From contig OZ219866.1 of assembly GCA_964291675.2 (NCBI GenBank), forward strand, positions 96,001 through 160,000: a DNA stretch of 64,000 nucleotides, given 5' to 3'. The translations under genes and the position numbers were made by a program. Shown in pieces: positions 47,336-57,600 of the stretch. Position 1 is the stretch's first letter. Every line of letters begins with the position of its first letter. This stretch comes from Alphaproteobacteria bacterium (GTDB lineage: Bacteria > Pseudomonadota > Alphaproteobacteria > MPNO01). Below the pieces are notes generated by a model. That model was not told the origin of the DNA. It searched no databases and worked only from the letters and a program-made list of their open reading frames with translations.

Positions 47336-50300
47336 CTACATGCGCATGCTGCGAACCTGGTGGCGCCCCTTACGCCGCTGCCGGGCGGCCTTGCGCGCCT
47401 CCCTCCGCTCGATCTGGCGCCTGTGCAGCTCTCGCAGCTTTTCCGGGTCGTCGAGAAGGCCGGCGATGCGCTCTTCCCTCCGGCGCGGGTCGTCGCCCTT
47501 GCGTTCGGGCACCAGGGCTTCCGCCATGTACCGGTCGTCCTCGCGCAGCACCTCGCGCACCCTGGAGAGCGCGGACCCGAGACCCTCGCCCCGGTGCGTC
47601 AGGCCGTCCAGGTGGATGTCGTAGACCCTCCGGTTGGCGAACTCGATCTCGGCCTCGGCCACCGCCCGGTCGACACTGTCCCGCCACGCGTCGTAGCGCC
47701 TGGCGTCGGGAGCGGGCCGCGTGTCCCAGGCAGACACATGGTCCAGCATGTCGTCGCGGCGCTCCAGTTGGATCAGGACGGCATCGCGGTGCTTCTCGAC
47801 GTGCCCGCGGAGCTCCTCCGGAGCATCGAGCAGGCCGATGACACGGTCGATCTCCGAGCGGGCTCCCTCGGCCAGGTACGGATCGTCACGGGTGGCGGAG
47901 CTCATCTCCCTTCGCAGCGTCCCGTAGCCATCGGTGTAGATGACGTGGACGCCCTCCTTCTCCGCACGGTCCACCTGCCGGTCCCAGCGCTCCCTGAGGC
48001 TCTCCCAGCGTGCGAGCGAGGCCCGCGTCCCGGCTTCGGTCGCGGCCTGCCTCTCGCTCTCCGCGAGGCGCCCGTCCCAGTCGTGCACGCGCCGCAGCCG
48101 CCAGAGCGTCCGCCGCGCCAGCGTGTCGTCGTCCCCGGCTCCGGGCCGAGACGGTTCGGCCCCGATGTCCGGGGCGGTCACCGGCGCGAACCTGAGGCGG
48201 GCCAACGCCCGGGTCAACTGGCCGCGCAGGTACGCTTCCCGCCGGGTCTGCGCCAGCTCCTCATCGTCCTTCCTGATCGCCTCGCCAAGGCCGGAGAGTG
48301 CCATCTCCGCGCGTTCGCGGGCGGCGGGGATATTGTCGAGGTGGGGGCCGCAGGTGTCGCGGTCGGCGAGGATCGCCTTGCCCTCCTGCAGGAGGCGGTC
48401 GGCAGTCCCTCTCCACTTGCCGTATCCGGGCGCCTGCGTGACCGCCACGCTGGCCTGGTCCGCCGCCTCTTCGAGAGCGGCCCGCCGGTTTCCGTGCCGG
48501 TGGGCGTCATCGACGAACTGCTCGACCCGCTTGCGCGCGGCGACGTGACGCTCCCGGTTCTCCAGCGCCAGGACCAGAGACTCCCGCCTGTCGGCCGGGA
48601 CGTCCGGGTTCTCCGTGAGCTCCCGGATGCGCGGGATCAGTTCCGCATAGCCGGCGGTGTAAAACGCGATCGTGCCCGACTGCCGGGCACGATCGATCAG
48701 CGCGTTCCACTCGCCGACCACCGGCTCCCAGGCGGAGCGCCAGTCGGGTTTCGGAGGCTCCGGGGCCTGTGGCGCCAGGTCCTCGAGCGCTCCCCACGCC
48801 GTTTCGGCGCGGATCTCGGCAAGGTCCTCTTCGGTCGGTGGCGGGACGGAAGCGAACCAGTCGGGCGGTACCAGGGACGCCGCATCGACGGCCTCCCCGT
48901 GCGCGGGCCGCACGTCCTTGTACGTCTCCACCCGGGACACCTCGCGTTCGGTCTCCCGCCTAGCCCGATGCGTCTTGCGCATGGTCGCGGAGCGGCGGTG
49001 GCGGCGGGCCCGGTCGTGAAGTTGCTCGAAGTCGTCGAGGTCGACGCTGCGGATGCCGGCGCGTTCAGCCAGCAGCGGGGCGAAGGCCTGCGGGCGCGCC
49101 CGGAAGGGCACGGCCTGCTTGAGCAGCGCCGCGTGGCGGTCGAGGGTCTCGCGGTAGGTGTCGCCCAGGGCCACCGCGTCGCCCTCGGCACGGCTCCTCT
49201 CGCGCAGCTCGTCCCACGCCGCCACCACCTCCTGCCTGCCGGCGGCGAAGGCGTCCACCGCCGCGCCGTGGCGCCAGGCGAAGGCGGTCCGCCGCATGTC
49301 GTGCGCGATCCGCGCCATCGCGTTGTCGTTGGCCGCGGCGCGGACTTCGTCCCCATCCTGGAGACCGGCGCCGACGGCCTGGCCCCGGCGCACGTTCCCG
49401 GCGAGATCCTCCCATTCGCCGTCCCCGAGGTAGTCGAGCGCCGCCTCCTTGGGCCTGGCGCGCGACCAGCGCTCCGCAAGGTACGTCCTGATCTCCCCGT
49501 CCATGACAGGCGCCTCGCGGTCGCTGTCCGCGCGCCGGTCCGCCACGTCGAGCGCCAGCGGAGCGCGGTTGACATAGACGTCGATCTCCTCGCGATGGCG
49601 GGTCGCCGCCGGGTAGATCGTCTCCCGCGACGGGCGGTCGTCGGCCAGCAGGTAGGTCTTGTCCACCGTCAACCCCTGGGCGGCCGCTATGGTCAGCGCA
49701 TAGCCGTGGTCGAGGCGGACGTTGCCGTACCAGTCGCGGATCTCGTCGTGGCGGAACGCCACCCTGCGCCCGTCGTAGGTGCGGGCCGCGATCTCGACCG
49801 GAGCATCGTCCACCGGCCTGTCCCGCGCCTCGCCCGATGTCGGACCCTCCCGCTCCCGGCCCTTCGGATCCGTTCCGGCCGCGCGCGGTAGCACCTCCAG
49901 ATCCTCCACCGTGACCACGGTGCCGTTGAAGAGCTGCTTCTCCCAGCAGGTGGCGCCGATGCGGAGCCGGTCGCCGACGGCGATCTCGAGCGGCGAGACC
50001 GTCCTGTCGTCCTCCGTCCCCCGGCTCACCATGACCGTGACGCGCTTGATCTCCTGGCCGTCCATTTCTCCGCGTCTGGCGAAGCGCTTCTCGCGCATCA
50101 GGTGCGACAGCGCCCGTACCTCGGCGCGGGTGCGCGCCAGCACTACGGCGCTTTGCTCCGGGTGCTGCCTCGTGTAACGCTCCCAGTCGTCCACCAACGA
50201 CGCGAGGGTCTTCTCCTCGTTGTAGCCGAGATGGAACCGGCCCCGCTCGTGCCACGCCTCGATCGCGTCGGCCGCGTCGCCGTCCCTCAGCGCTTCCGAC

Positions 50301-52258
50301 ACGTTGACCTGCCAGGGTGTGAAGGCCGGCCTGTCGGCCATCGCCTCGTAATCGGCGAAGATGCAGGCACGTTCCTTATCGCCCATCAGCCCGCCCCGGA
50401 ACCGCGCAGCCGACGGCGTCTCCCCATGCACATGGATCAGGATGTCCTCGAGGTCCGGCTTCTGGCGCCGGATGCGGTCGACGCGGACGCTGCCCACGGC
50501 ATCGCGGATCAGGCGCAAGCCCGGACCCGCCTCCACCGGCTGCTGCTGACGGGTGTCGCCCGCGAACACCACCCGCGCGCCGTGGCGCTCGGCAAGCCGC
50601 AGGACGTGATGCGCCTGCCTCGTGGACAGCATCCCCGCCTCGTCCACCACGATGGTGCTGCTGCCGTCGATCTCGATGCCGTTCTTCGCCGCGAGCTTCA
50701 GCAGCTTGTCCACGCAGAAGGGGCGCGCATCGAGGTCGTTGCCGAGCGCCACCGCCGTGCGCCACGCCACCGCGGTGGCGATCACCGTGCCCCCGTGCTC
50801 GCGGCATAGATCGGCGATAGGTCTCAGCGTCGTGGTCTTGCCCGAGCCGGCCGCACCCTCCACGATCGCCACCCGGCCGCCCGCGCCGGCCACCGCGCGG
50901 ATCGCCGCGATCTGCTCCTCGCTCAGCGGATAACCTTGTTCCAAGAGCGATGCGATCTTCTCCTCGATCGCCTGGGCGGGGATGCCATGGCCGCTCTCCG
51001 CCGCCATGCCGGCGGCCATGTCGCGCAGCGCCTGCTCCATCTCCAGCGTGCGGCCCGTAGTGTAGAGCCTGGTATGGGCCATGTCCGCGCGGCCCTCGGC
51101 GGAGCGGGGGATGCGGGTCAGCCGCACCACCTCGGGATGGCGCATGACGCGCTCTGTCGTGGTCACCGCCGCCTCCCGGCCGAGCAATCCCGCCGTGGCG
51201 TTGCTCACGCGCTCCACCACGTCCGGAAGCCGGAACACCGCCTCTTCCCGGGTCAGACGCTCGGGCAGTGTCTCCAGCACGGCGGTGAGATCACGGATCT
51301 GCTCCTGTGTGATGTCTTCGGCCGTGTTCAACAACTCGGCGATCAGCGTCTCGCGCTCGCAGAAACCCTCGGCCTCGCCACGCCAGCGTCCGTGCCTGAT
51401 CTCCGGGTCGTTGTCCGGCGATTTGCCTGCCCGCGTGATCTTGTTCGCGGCCGCCGCACGCGCGGCGTTGCCCTCGACCTTGAACCCCAAGTCGTTCGCT
51501 GCATCGACGATCGCCGCCCGCCGCTTCGACCAGTGCGCCGCCAGGTCTTCCGGAACGCCTCCGATGCGGCTGAACTCCCCGTCCCGTCCGTATTGCTCCA
51601 TCGGCAGACCGAGTTGCCGCTGGAGGTTCCAGGCCAGCGCGTTCCGATAGACCGCGCCCGCCGCCTTCACCCAGCCGTAGACCGGGTGCTGATGCATGGC
51701 CCGCCACTTGCCGTCCTCGTGCGTCTTCGCGGCATTGAAGATCACGCAGTGGGTATGAAGCTGCGGGTCGTTGTCGCGGCTGGTGCCGTGCTGGAACATG
51801 GCCACCGCAATGTCGGCGGGCAGCACCTGAATCTGCCCGTCACGATCACGGATACGGGTCCAGGCGCAATGGCGGAACACCGTTTCTTCCAGCGCCACCC
51901 GCGCAGCGTCGTTGTGTGCAGCCTCGATCCGCGCCCTCAGTTCGGGATCGGCGATGGCCCATAGAGCCGAAATGCTCTTGTCCGCGCTGAAGGTCATGTC
52001 GAGGCCGGGCGAGCGTTTCTCGCTGCCCGCGTTCCGCGTCAGCTTACCCGAGCCGTCCGGCGCGAAGCCGTGGTAGAGGCGGTGGAAGTCCGCGCCGTCG
52101 ACCTTGCCGCCGTCCTCCAGGCCGAACAGGCCTTTCGGGTTGAACCATACTCCGTCTGGCTCCTCGCCGGCGGTGTAGTACTCGTTCGGATGGCGGAACG
52201 AGCGCTGGCTCTCCAGGTAATACGCGGCCGATGCGGCTTGGGCGAGGGTGGCTACCAT
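47336..52258 (-). CDS. MobF (TrwC-like) relaxase-helicase
   Basis: AAYY..EYY, DMTFSADKS, HGTSRDNDPQLHTH, GAAGSGKTT, VDEAGM, AQGLTVD; basic C-terminal tail. Confidence 0.95.
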   Translation of the reverse strand: MVATLAQAASAAYYLESQRSFRHPNEYYTAGEEPDGVWFNPKGLFGLEDGGKVDGADFHRLYHGFAPDGSGKLTRNAGSEKRSPGLDMTFSADKSISALWAIADPELRARIEAAHNDAARVALEETVFRHCAWTRIRDRDGQIQVLPADIAVAMFQHGTSRDNDPQLHTHCVIFNAAKTHEDGKWRAMHQHPVYGWVKAAGAVYRNALAWNLQRQLGLPMEQYGRDGEFSRIGGVPEDLAAHWSKRRAAIVDAANDLGFKVEGNAARAAAANKITRAGKSPDNDPEIRHGRWRGEAEGFCERETLIAELLNTAEDITQEQIRDLTAVLETLPERLTREEAVFRLPDVVERVSNATAGLLGREAAVTTTERVMRHPEVVRLTRIPRSAEGRADMAHTRLYTTGRTLEMEQALRDMAAGMAAESGHGIPAQAIEEKIASLLEQGYPLSEEQIAAIRAVAGAGGRVAIVEGAAGSGKTTTLRPIADLCREHGGTVIATAVAWRTAVALGNDLDARPFCVDKLLKLAAKNGIEIDGSSTIVVDEAGMLSTRQAHHVLRLAERHGARVVFAGDTRQQQPVEAGPGLRLIRDAVGSVRVDRIRRQKPDLEDILIHVHGETPSAARFRGGLMGDKERACIFADYEAMADRPAFTPWQVNVSEALRDGDAADAIEAWHERGRFHLGYNEEKTLASLVDDWERYTRQHPEQSAVVLARTRAEVRALSHLMREKRFARRGEMDGQEIKRVTVMVSRGTEDDRTVSPLEIAVGDRLRIGATCWEKQLFNGTVVTVEDLEVLPRAAGTDPKGREREGPTSGEARDRPVDDAPVEIAARTYDGRRVAFRHDEIRDWYGNVRLDHGYALTIAAAQGLTVDKTYLLADDRPSRETIYPAATRHREEIDVYVNRAPLALDVADRRADSDREAPVMDGEIRTYLAERWSRARPKEAALDYLGDGEWEDLAGNVRRGQAVGAGLQDGDEVRAAANDNAMARIAHDMRRTAFAWRHGAAVDAFAAGRQEVVAAWDELRERSRAEGDAVALGDTYRETLDRHAALLKQAVPFRARPQAFAPLLAERAGIRSVDLDDFEQLHDRARRHRRSATMRKTHRARRETEREVSRVETYKDVRPAHGEAVDAASLVPPDWFASVPPPTEEDLAEIRAETAWGALEDLAPQAPEPPKPDWRSAWEPVVGEWNALIDRARQSGTIAFYTAGYAELIPRIRELTENPDVPADRRESLVLALENRERHVAARKRVEQFVDDAHRHGNRRAALEEAADQASVAVTQAPGYGKWRGTADRLLQEGKAILADRDTCGPHLDNIPAARERAEMALSGLGEAIRKDDEELAQTRREAYLRGQLTRALARLRFAPVTAPDIGAEPSRPGAGDDDTLARRTLWRLRRVHDWDGRLAESERQAATEAGTRASLARWESLRERWDRQVDRAEKEGVHVIYTDGYGTLRREMSSATRDDPYLAEGARSEIDRVIGLLDAPEELRGHVEKHRDAVLIQLERRDDMLDHVSAWDTRPAPDARRYDAWRDSVDRAVAEAEIEFANRRVYDIHLDGLTHRGEGLGSALSRVREVLREDDRYMAEALVPERKGDDPRRREERIAGLLDDPEKLRELHRRQIERREARKAARQRRKGRHQVRSMRM

Positions 52259-52259
52259 C

Positions 52260-52660
52260 GTGCGGGCCGCGGAACGGCACAATTGGCGTTGGCGATGCGC
52301 CCGAGCGACGGTTTCTTGCCTGAGACCGGAGCGACCGTAATCGCCATCGAAGAGAAATTCCCCATGAATGTCAGGGCGTTACCCGGACTGGCCAAACGGA
52401 GCGTCTCGGAGCCGTCTATACAACCGGCGATACATGCCTGCATCGCGCACTTTAGTGCAGAGGTGTGAGAGTCTTGCATATTCTCAGGATCGCTTGCTGA
52501 AGGCATCGTCAGCATATATCACGGCTGATGTGCAGGGCACAAGGTATTGTGGCGGTTGTTACGTGAATCTCAACATATATGGGTTGACGCGTTGACATGG
52601 CTGGTGGCCCGGTCGATCATGTGCCGGCTACAAATTGAGGTATACGGCGTAGGAGGCTCG
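52260..52660. other. Probable oriT / divergent promoter region
   Basis: Lower-GC intergenic region between the divergent relaxase and accessory gene, with short IRs (GCACT-TT-AGTGC). nic site not identified. Confidence 0.45.
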
Positions 52661-52664
52661 TATC

Positions 52665-52967
52665 ATGGTCGCGAGGCGCTTCAACGAATCCGACATCGAC
52701 TTCGACGCCATAGACGCAGATCTGGCAAAGCTGGCACCGCCGAAGCTGAGCCTCAAGGATGTGCTGGACCGCCTTCGCGAGCGGATGCTCGAACAGAGGG
52801 CCAAGGGCGTCACGGTGACGCAGATGCACGAAGTGCTGAAGGCGCGAGGCATCGAGATCGGGGAACGGAGCCTGAAGACGTTCCTGGACAAGGGAGAGCT
52901 GCCGGGGAGGAAGGCGAGGACGGCGGCGCAGGCGGCGATGGCGGAGCCGGGCCAGGATCCATTCTGA
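52665..52967 (+). CDS. Small mobilisation accessory DNA-binding protein (MobC-like)
   Basis: AGGAGG SD; helical HTH-like GVTVTQMHEVLKARGIEIGERSLKTFL; divergent from the relaxase. Confidence 0.6.
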   Translation: MVARRFNESDIDFDAIDADLAKLAPPKLSLKDVLDRLRERMLEQRAKGVTVTQMHEVLKARGIEIGERSLKTFLDKGELPGRKARTAAQAAMAEPGQDPF

Positions 52968-53116
52968 GACCGATGCCGGAAACACGGATCGTGGCGGACA
53001 CGTAGAGGCACCGTGCCGTGCAATGGCAACACCGGTGACGGAGTAAGGGAAGCAGGTGCGTCGTCCTGTGCACGGCTGACATTGGCCCGCACGATTAAGA
53101 CGCGGGAAAGCGCGAC

Positions 53117-54475
53117 ATGCTCTGTCTGGTGACCAAGTACAGACTGTGCGTCGTGCGGGAGCTCTCGGAAGCAGAGGCCGAGGCGGTCAGGGATCCGCTA
53201 CGTGACGACTCGACGGCGGCGTTGGCGCTGGCCGTTCTCAGGGAGGGGAGGGAGAACGATCTATGGCTCCGGTGCGACTGCCGGATCGACATCGACGACG
53301 ATCCCCTCCTGGCACCGTGCCGCATGCCAATGGGCGCCGGGTACTCGTGGCGAAGGCTCCAAGGCGAAAACCGTCCGCAGCATCGGGAGGGCTGCGAATT
53401 CTACCGGGAGAGCCGCGAGGAGCGCGCCCAGGGGAACTGGCTCCGGGCGGCGCGCACGCCGCCGGAGGGGTATTTTGCGGCGCTGTGCGCCCGCAAGGGC
53501 GGCGAATCGGCGGAGTTGGATACTGACGAGGACGGTACGGCGTTGACCGATCCCCTCCATGCGCCGGAGGACGGGGACAGGGAACCGGGGAAGCGGCAGA
53601 TGCCGGCAGTGCGTGGGCTCTTGTGCCGGTTGCTGGAGACGGCCGGCCTCACGCGGGTGCGGGCGAACGAGCCCCCACCGGGTATCGTTGGGTGGACGGA
53701 AGGCATGAGTGCCGCGGCGAAGACAATCGAGGTCGCGCCCGGACATCCGTTGGATGGGCTCCTGTTCCCGTGGCGCACCGGCTGGGACCGGGAGCGCGTG
53801 CATGCGCGGGTTCGGGAGGCCGCGTGGGACTTCCCGCAGGGCCACGTGCCGCAGGGCTTCGTGTGCTTTCCGGTGCTTAAGGTGGAAGAGAAGTCACTAC
53901 CGGCGACCAGCAAGTACGGGGAGCTGGAAGTGGTCTCGCCGATCAGGCGGCCGACGATCGGCGGGCGCGCCGTGTCGGGCCCCTACCTGTTCTTCGGTGT
54001 GGTGGCGCTGATCACCAGGCGGCGCGGCTACGAGTGCGTGCGGGGCTGGGCGCAGCCCATCGTGTCGGTCCACCGTCCCGTGCCGGTGGACTCGGACTAC
54101 GAGCGCCGGGCCTTCGCTACACTCACGACGACGCTGTCGATATTGGACAGGGAATTCCCGGATGCCGGGTTCACGATGGAGAAGCCGGTGTTCGATATAG
54201 ACACTGAGCAAGGGCCGTGCCGGCCGGACTTCCTCATCAGGGCGCGGCGAGAGGGTGAGGTGCGAACCTGGGTGGTCGAGGTGATGGGCTTCGAGCGGCC
54301 GGACTATCTCGCCGGCAAGGAGGTCACGCACGAGCGCATGGAGGAGCTGGGACCCGTCATACTCATGGACGGGAAGCGGTTCGAACGAGATCTGACCGCC
54401 GAAGGCCGCAGGGTGACGGAACGGATTCGCGCCGACATGGAGGCGGAGTGGCCTGGGCGAGGCCAGGAATGCTGA
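53117..54475 (+). CDS. DUF1173-like protein (CxC..HxxxC zinc site + C-terminal PD-(D/E)xK-like nuclease)
   Basis: WLRCDC...QHREGCEFY; VDSDYER; RPDFLI...VVEVMG. Start uncertain. Confidence 0.6.
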   Translation: MLCLVTKYRLCVVRELSEAEAEAVRDPLRDDSTAALALAVLREGRENDLWLRCDCRIDIDDDPLLAPCRMPMGAGYSWRRLQGENRPQHREGCEFYRESREERAQGNWLRAARTPPEGYFAALCARKGGESAELDTDEDGTALTDPLHAPEDGDREPGKRQMPAVRGLLCRLLETAGLTRVRANEPPPGIVGWTEGMSAAAKTIEVAPGHPLDGLLFPWRTGWDRERVHARVREAAWDFPQGHVPQGFVCFPVLKVEEKSLPATSKYGELEVVSPIRRPTIGGRAVSGPYLFFGVVALITRRRGYECVRGWAQPIVSVHRPVPVDSDYERRAFATLTTTLSILDREFPDAGFTMEKPVFDIDTEQGPCRPDFLIRARREGEVRTWVVEVMGFERPDYLAGKEVTHERMEELGPVILMDGKRFERDLTAEGRRVTERIRADMEAEWPGRGQEC

Positions 54476-54627
54476 CACGACTTGGACTGGTCGTCCGGCC
54501 TCGGCGCGTCGATTGCGGAGAGAATTTTGTTGGCAGGGCCCAAGCCAGAAGCTGACCGTAAGGTATTCTGGATTGCTTCAAATTGCGGGCTTCGACTACC
54601 ACGAACCGGAGACACAGGAAGAAAGGT

Positions 54628-57600
54628 ATGTACGCTCGATCGCTCTGTACGTGGCTGAACGCAAACCAAGAGATCGTCGCCCATTCGCTCGGCGAGGTGC
54701 GGTCGTTCCTTGAAGAACTCAAGCACGGTACGAAGAAGTACAAAACCATCGCGAGTCTCAGCGGACAGATCGCAGAAGCCTATCGGGGCAGATGTGTGCT
54801 GGAACTCCTGCAGAACGCTCACGACGCACTGACGGATTCGCTGGCAGATGATCCCGGACGAGTCACCTTCTTGCTGGAGACCGGGCCGAGCCCGCTACTT
54901 CTTGTGGCCAACAGTGGTCACGCGTTTGAGCGAAAGGACTTTAAGGGCCTTTGTCAGCTCGGACAGAGCCCGAAGGACCCGAACAAGAGCGTCGGTAACA
55001 AAGGGCTGGGTTTCCGCAGTGTGCTGGAAGTGGCATCGGCCCCGGAGATCTGGTCTACGGCGGCCACGGAGGGAGACCCCGCATTTGTCTTCCGCTTTGA
55101 GCCGGGCGTTCGCGAGAGGGTAGCCGCTGCGCTCATCGACTTAAACGCGAACGGAGTCGATGCCCGCTCGCCGTTCGACAGCTCGGAGCGGTTGGTCGAC
55201 TGGACAGAGGATCAGCTTCGAAGGTACCGAGATCGGCTGGCAGAAGAGGGCTTGGACGGTCCCGAAGAGGCAAGAGCCTTCCTGTCGCCCTATGACATCC
55301 CCCTGCCGATAAATGAGCGACGAGATGTAGTGGACGAATTGCTGGGCGACGGGCACGTGACCGTCGTGTGTCTGCCACTGGACGGTGGTCGAACCGGCGA
55401 TCGTCAGGCCGCGGTAGCCTCCGTGCTGTCCCAACTCGAAGGTCTCCTTGATATCTCGACTACGCTGTTTTTGCCAAAGCTAAGAAAACTCGTCGTCGGG
55501 ATCGACGACGAAAGGACCGTAGTGCAACGGACGGTGGAAGCGGATAGCGCGTTCGGCGGATACGGACGCGGCCGATATCAGGGGGTGGAGATTTCGCGCA
55601 CGACTCCGACTGATGAAATCCAAACGGGTCGCTTTCGCGTTTGGACACGAGGTCTTGGCGGCAAAGGTGACGCACGGTGGGCAACACGCATTCGCGAGGC
55701 CGTGCAGCACCTCCCGAACAAATGGCCCGAAGTAGACTCTGTAGAGGTGGGGGTGGCCGTCCGGGAGGGAGAAGAAGGCACGGAGGGACGCTTCGTGATT
55801 TTCCTGCCGACTGAGATGGCGACGGGGACGGGAGCGCATATCAACGCGCCGTACTTCGGTTCGCTGGACCGCCGTCGGATTCAGTTCAATGACGAGTATA
55901 ACCGGATGCTGCTCGAATGCGTGGTCGATCTGTCACTGGACGCAGTCCGCGATTTGGCGGCAGGGGAACCGGAGGACGCGGGCGGGCGCGCGATAGTCGA
56001 CATTCTCGCATCACGCGGCGACGTAGGCGAGACCGGCAAGAGCATGCTGAGCATGTTATGCGAGCGGGCAGCGAGCGGGGGCACCCCACTCAATGAACAG
56101 CAGCTATTTCTGTGCGATGGTGGCTGGACTACCTCTGCCGACGCGAGATTGATGCCTCAGGTCGCCGACGGACTGGCGATTGGTGCGGACGAATGGCGAC
56201 AGGCGGCGGAGTTCGCAGTGGTATCCAGCACTCTGGATGGACGCGAGTCGGAGGTCAACGGGCTGCTCGAGAGTCTCAGTGGTTCGGCGGTGCCCACAAG
56301 CACCGAGTGGACACGGACGGTGGAACGAGTGGCGCTGCGCGTGCAGTCGGGTGAGATCGAGGCGAGCTGGGACGGCTTCCTTACAAGCGTGCTGGAAGTC
56401 CTTCCGTGGGATCTCAAGCGGGAACCGAAAGGCAGTGCCGGGGATGCGCTTACGTCGGCGAAATTTTTGCCGGACCAAGACGAGCGCCTGATCAGCGCTG
56501 ACGACGCGGTCCGGGTCTTTTTCCAACCGATCGTTGGGATCGACGACGCGGCGGAGCTAGTCGACACCGTGCCTGATTCCCTCAAAGAGCGGATTGCGTT
56601 TATCCACGGCGAGGTCCGAACACACGAGGAAGGCACGCGGCGAAGCACGGAGGTGCATAAGTTCCTCGACGGCCGGTTCGCAAGAGGGTTCAGGCGCGAG
56701 GAGATCGTGCGCGACGTGGTCTTGGCGGCGCTGCCGTCGATGCCCGCGGCGTTGGAGAGCGCCGATGCATGGCTGTGCGGGGAACTGTTGGGTTGGACGC
56801 TTGGGCTCCTCGGAGAGGAGCCGTCGGAAGCACTGGTCATGATGCTCAAAGATCTCCCGCTGGCGTGCCACGGCGGCTGGCGTCCGGCGCGGGAGGCCAG
56901 CTTCGGACCCGGTTGGACGGGAGAGGCCGGTGAGGACCTGTGGGCACTCTGCGAGGAACTTCCTGGGGACGCAGCGGTGCGACTGCGCGAGACGGTGTTG
57001 CTGAATCCGGGGGATCCCCGATGGGGGCTAGACGTTGAAGGGCGGGATAGCCTGTTCGCGCGCGTCGGGGTTGCAAATGGCCTTCGGCTCGCACCGGTGG
57101 ACGATGTGCGGTTCGATATGGCCGCACACGAATACGAACTGCCGAAGTCTGCGCCGGCCGGTGTCGACGATACCGCGTGGGAGCATTGGCGAATGGCGAT
57201 CAGCCCTCAGGCCAAGCCCTACCATGTCGGTTGGTTCCAATATTCTCTGGAGCGCGTCTATCAATTGACCGAACTCCACGACTTCGCCGGGTTGAGTCAG
57301 CGAGGGCGCCGAGCGTTTTCAAGGCTTGTGCTCAACTCGATACGTGGCTGGCCCGAGGGATGGGAGAAAGCCAGCATTAGGAAAGTGAATGGTGAATGGA
57401 GGACTTGGTCGATCACATCGCCGTTGAAGCATTGGTTAAGCACAATTCCTTGGTTATCGGACGGAGCCGCCGGGGAGCGGGTGCTTTGTGATCGCTGGCT
57501 CGTGCCGAATTCTCTTCTTCGTGGCCAGCGAGAACGGTTTAGTCACTTGCGTCCTCTGTCGCTAAATTTGTCGCGGTGGCTTGAAGGCGATTCGGAGCTG

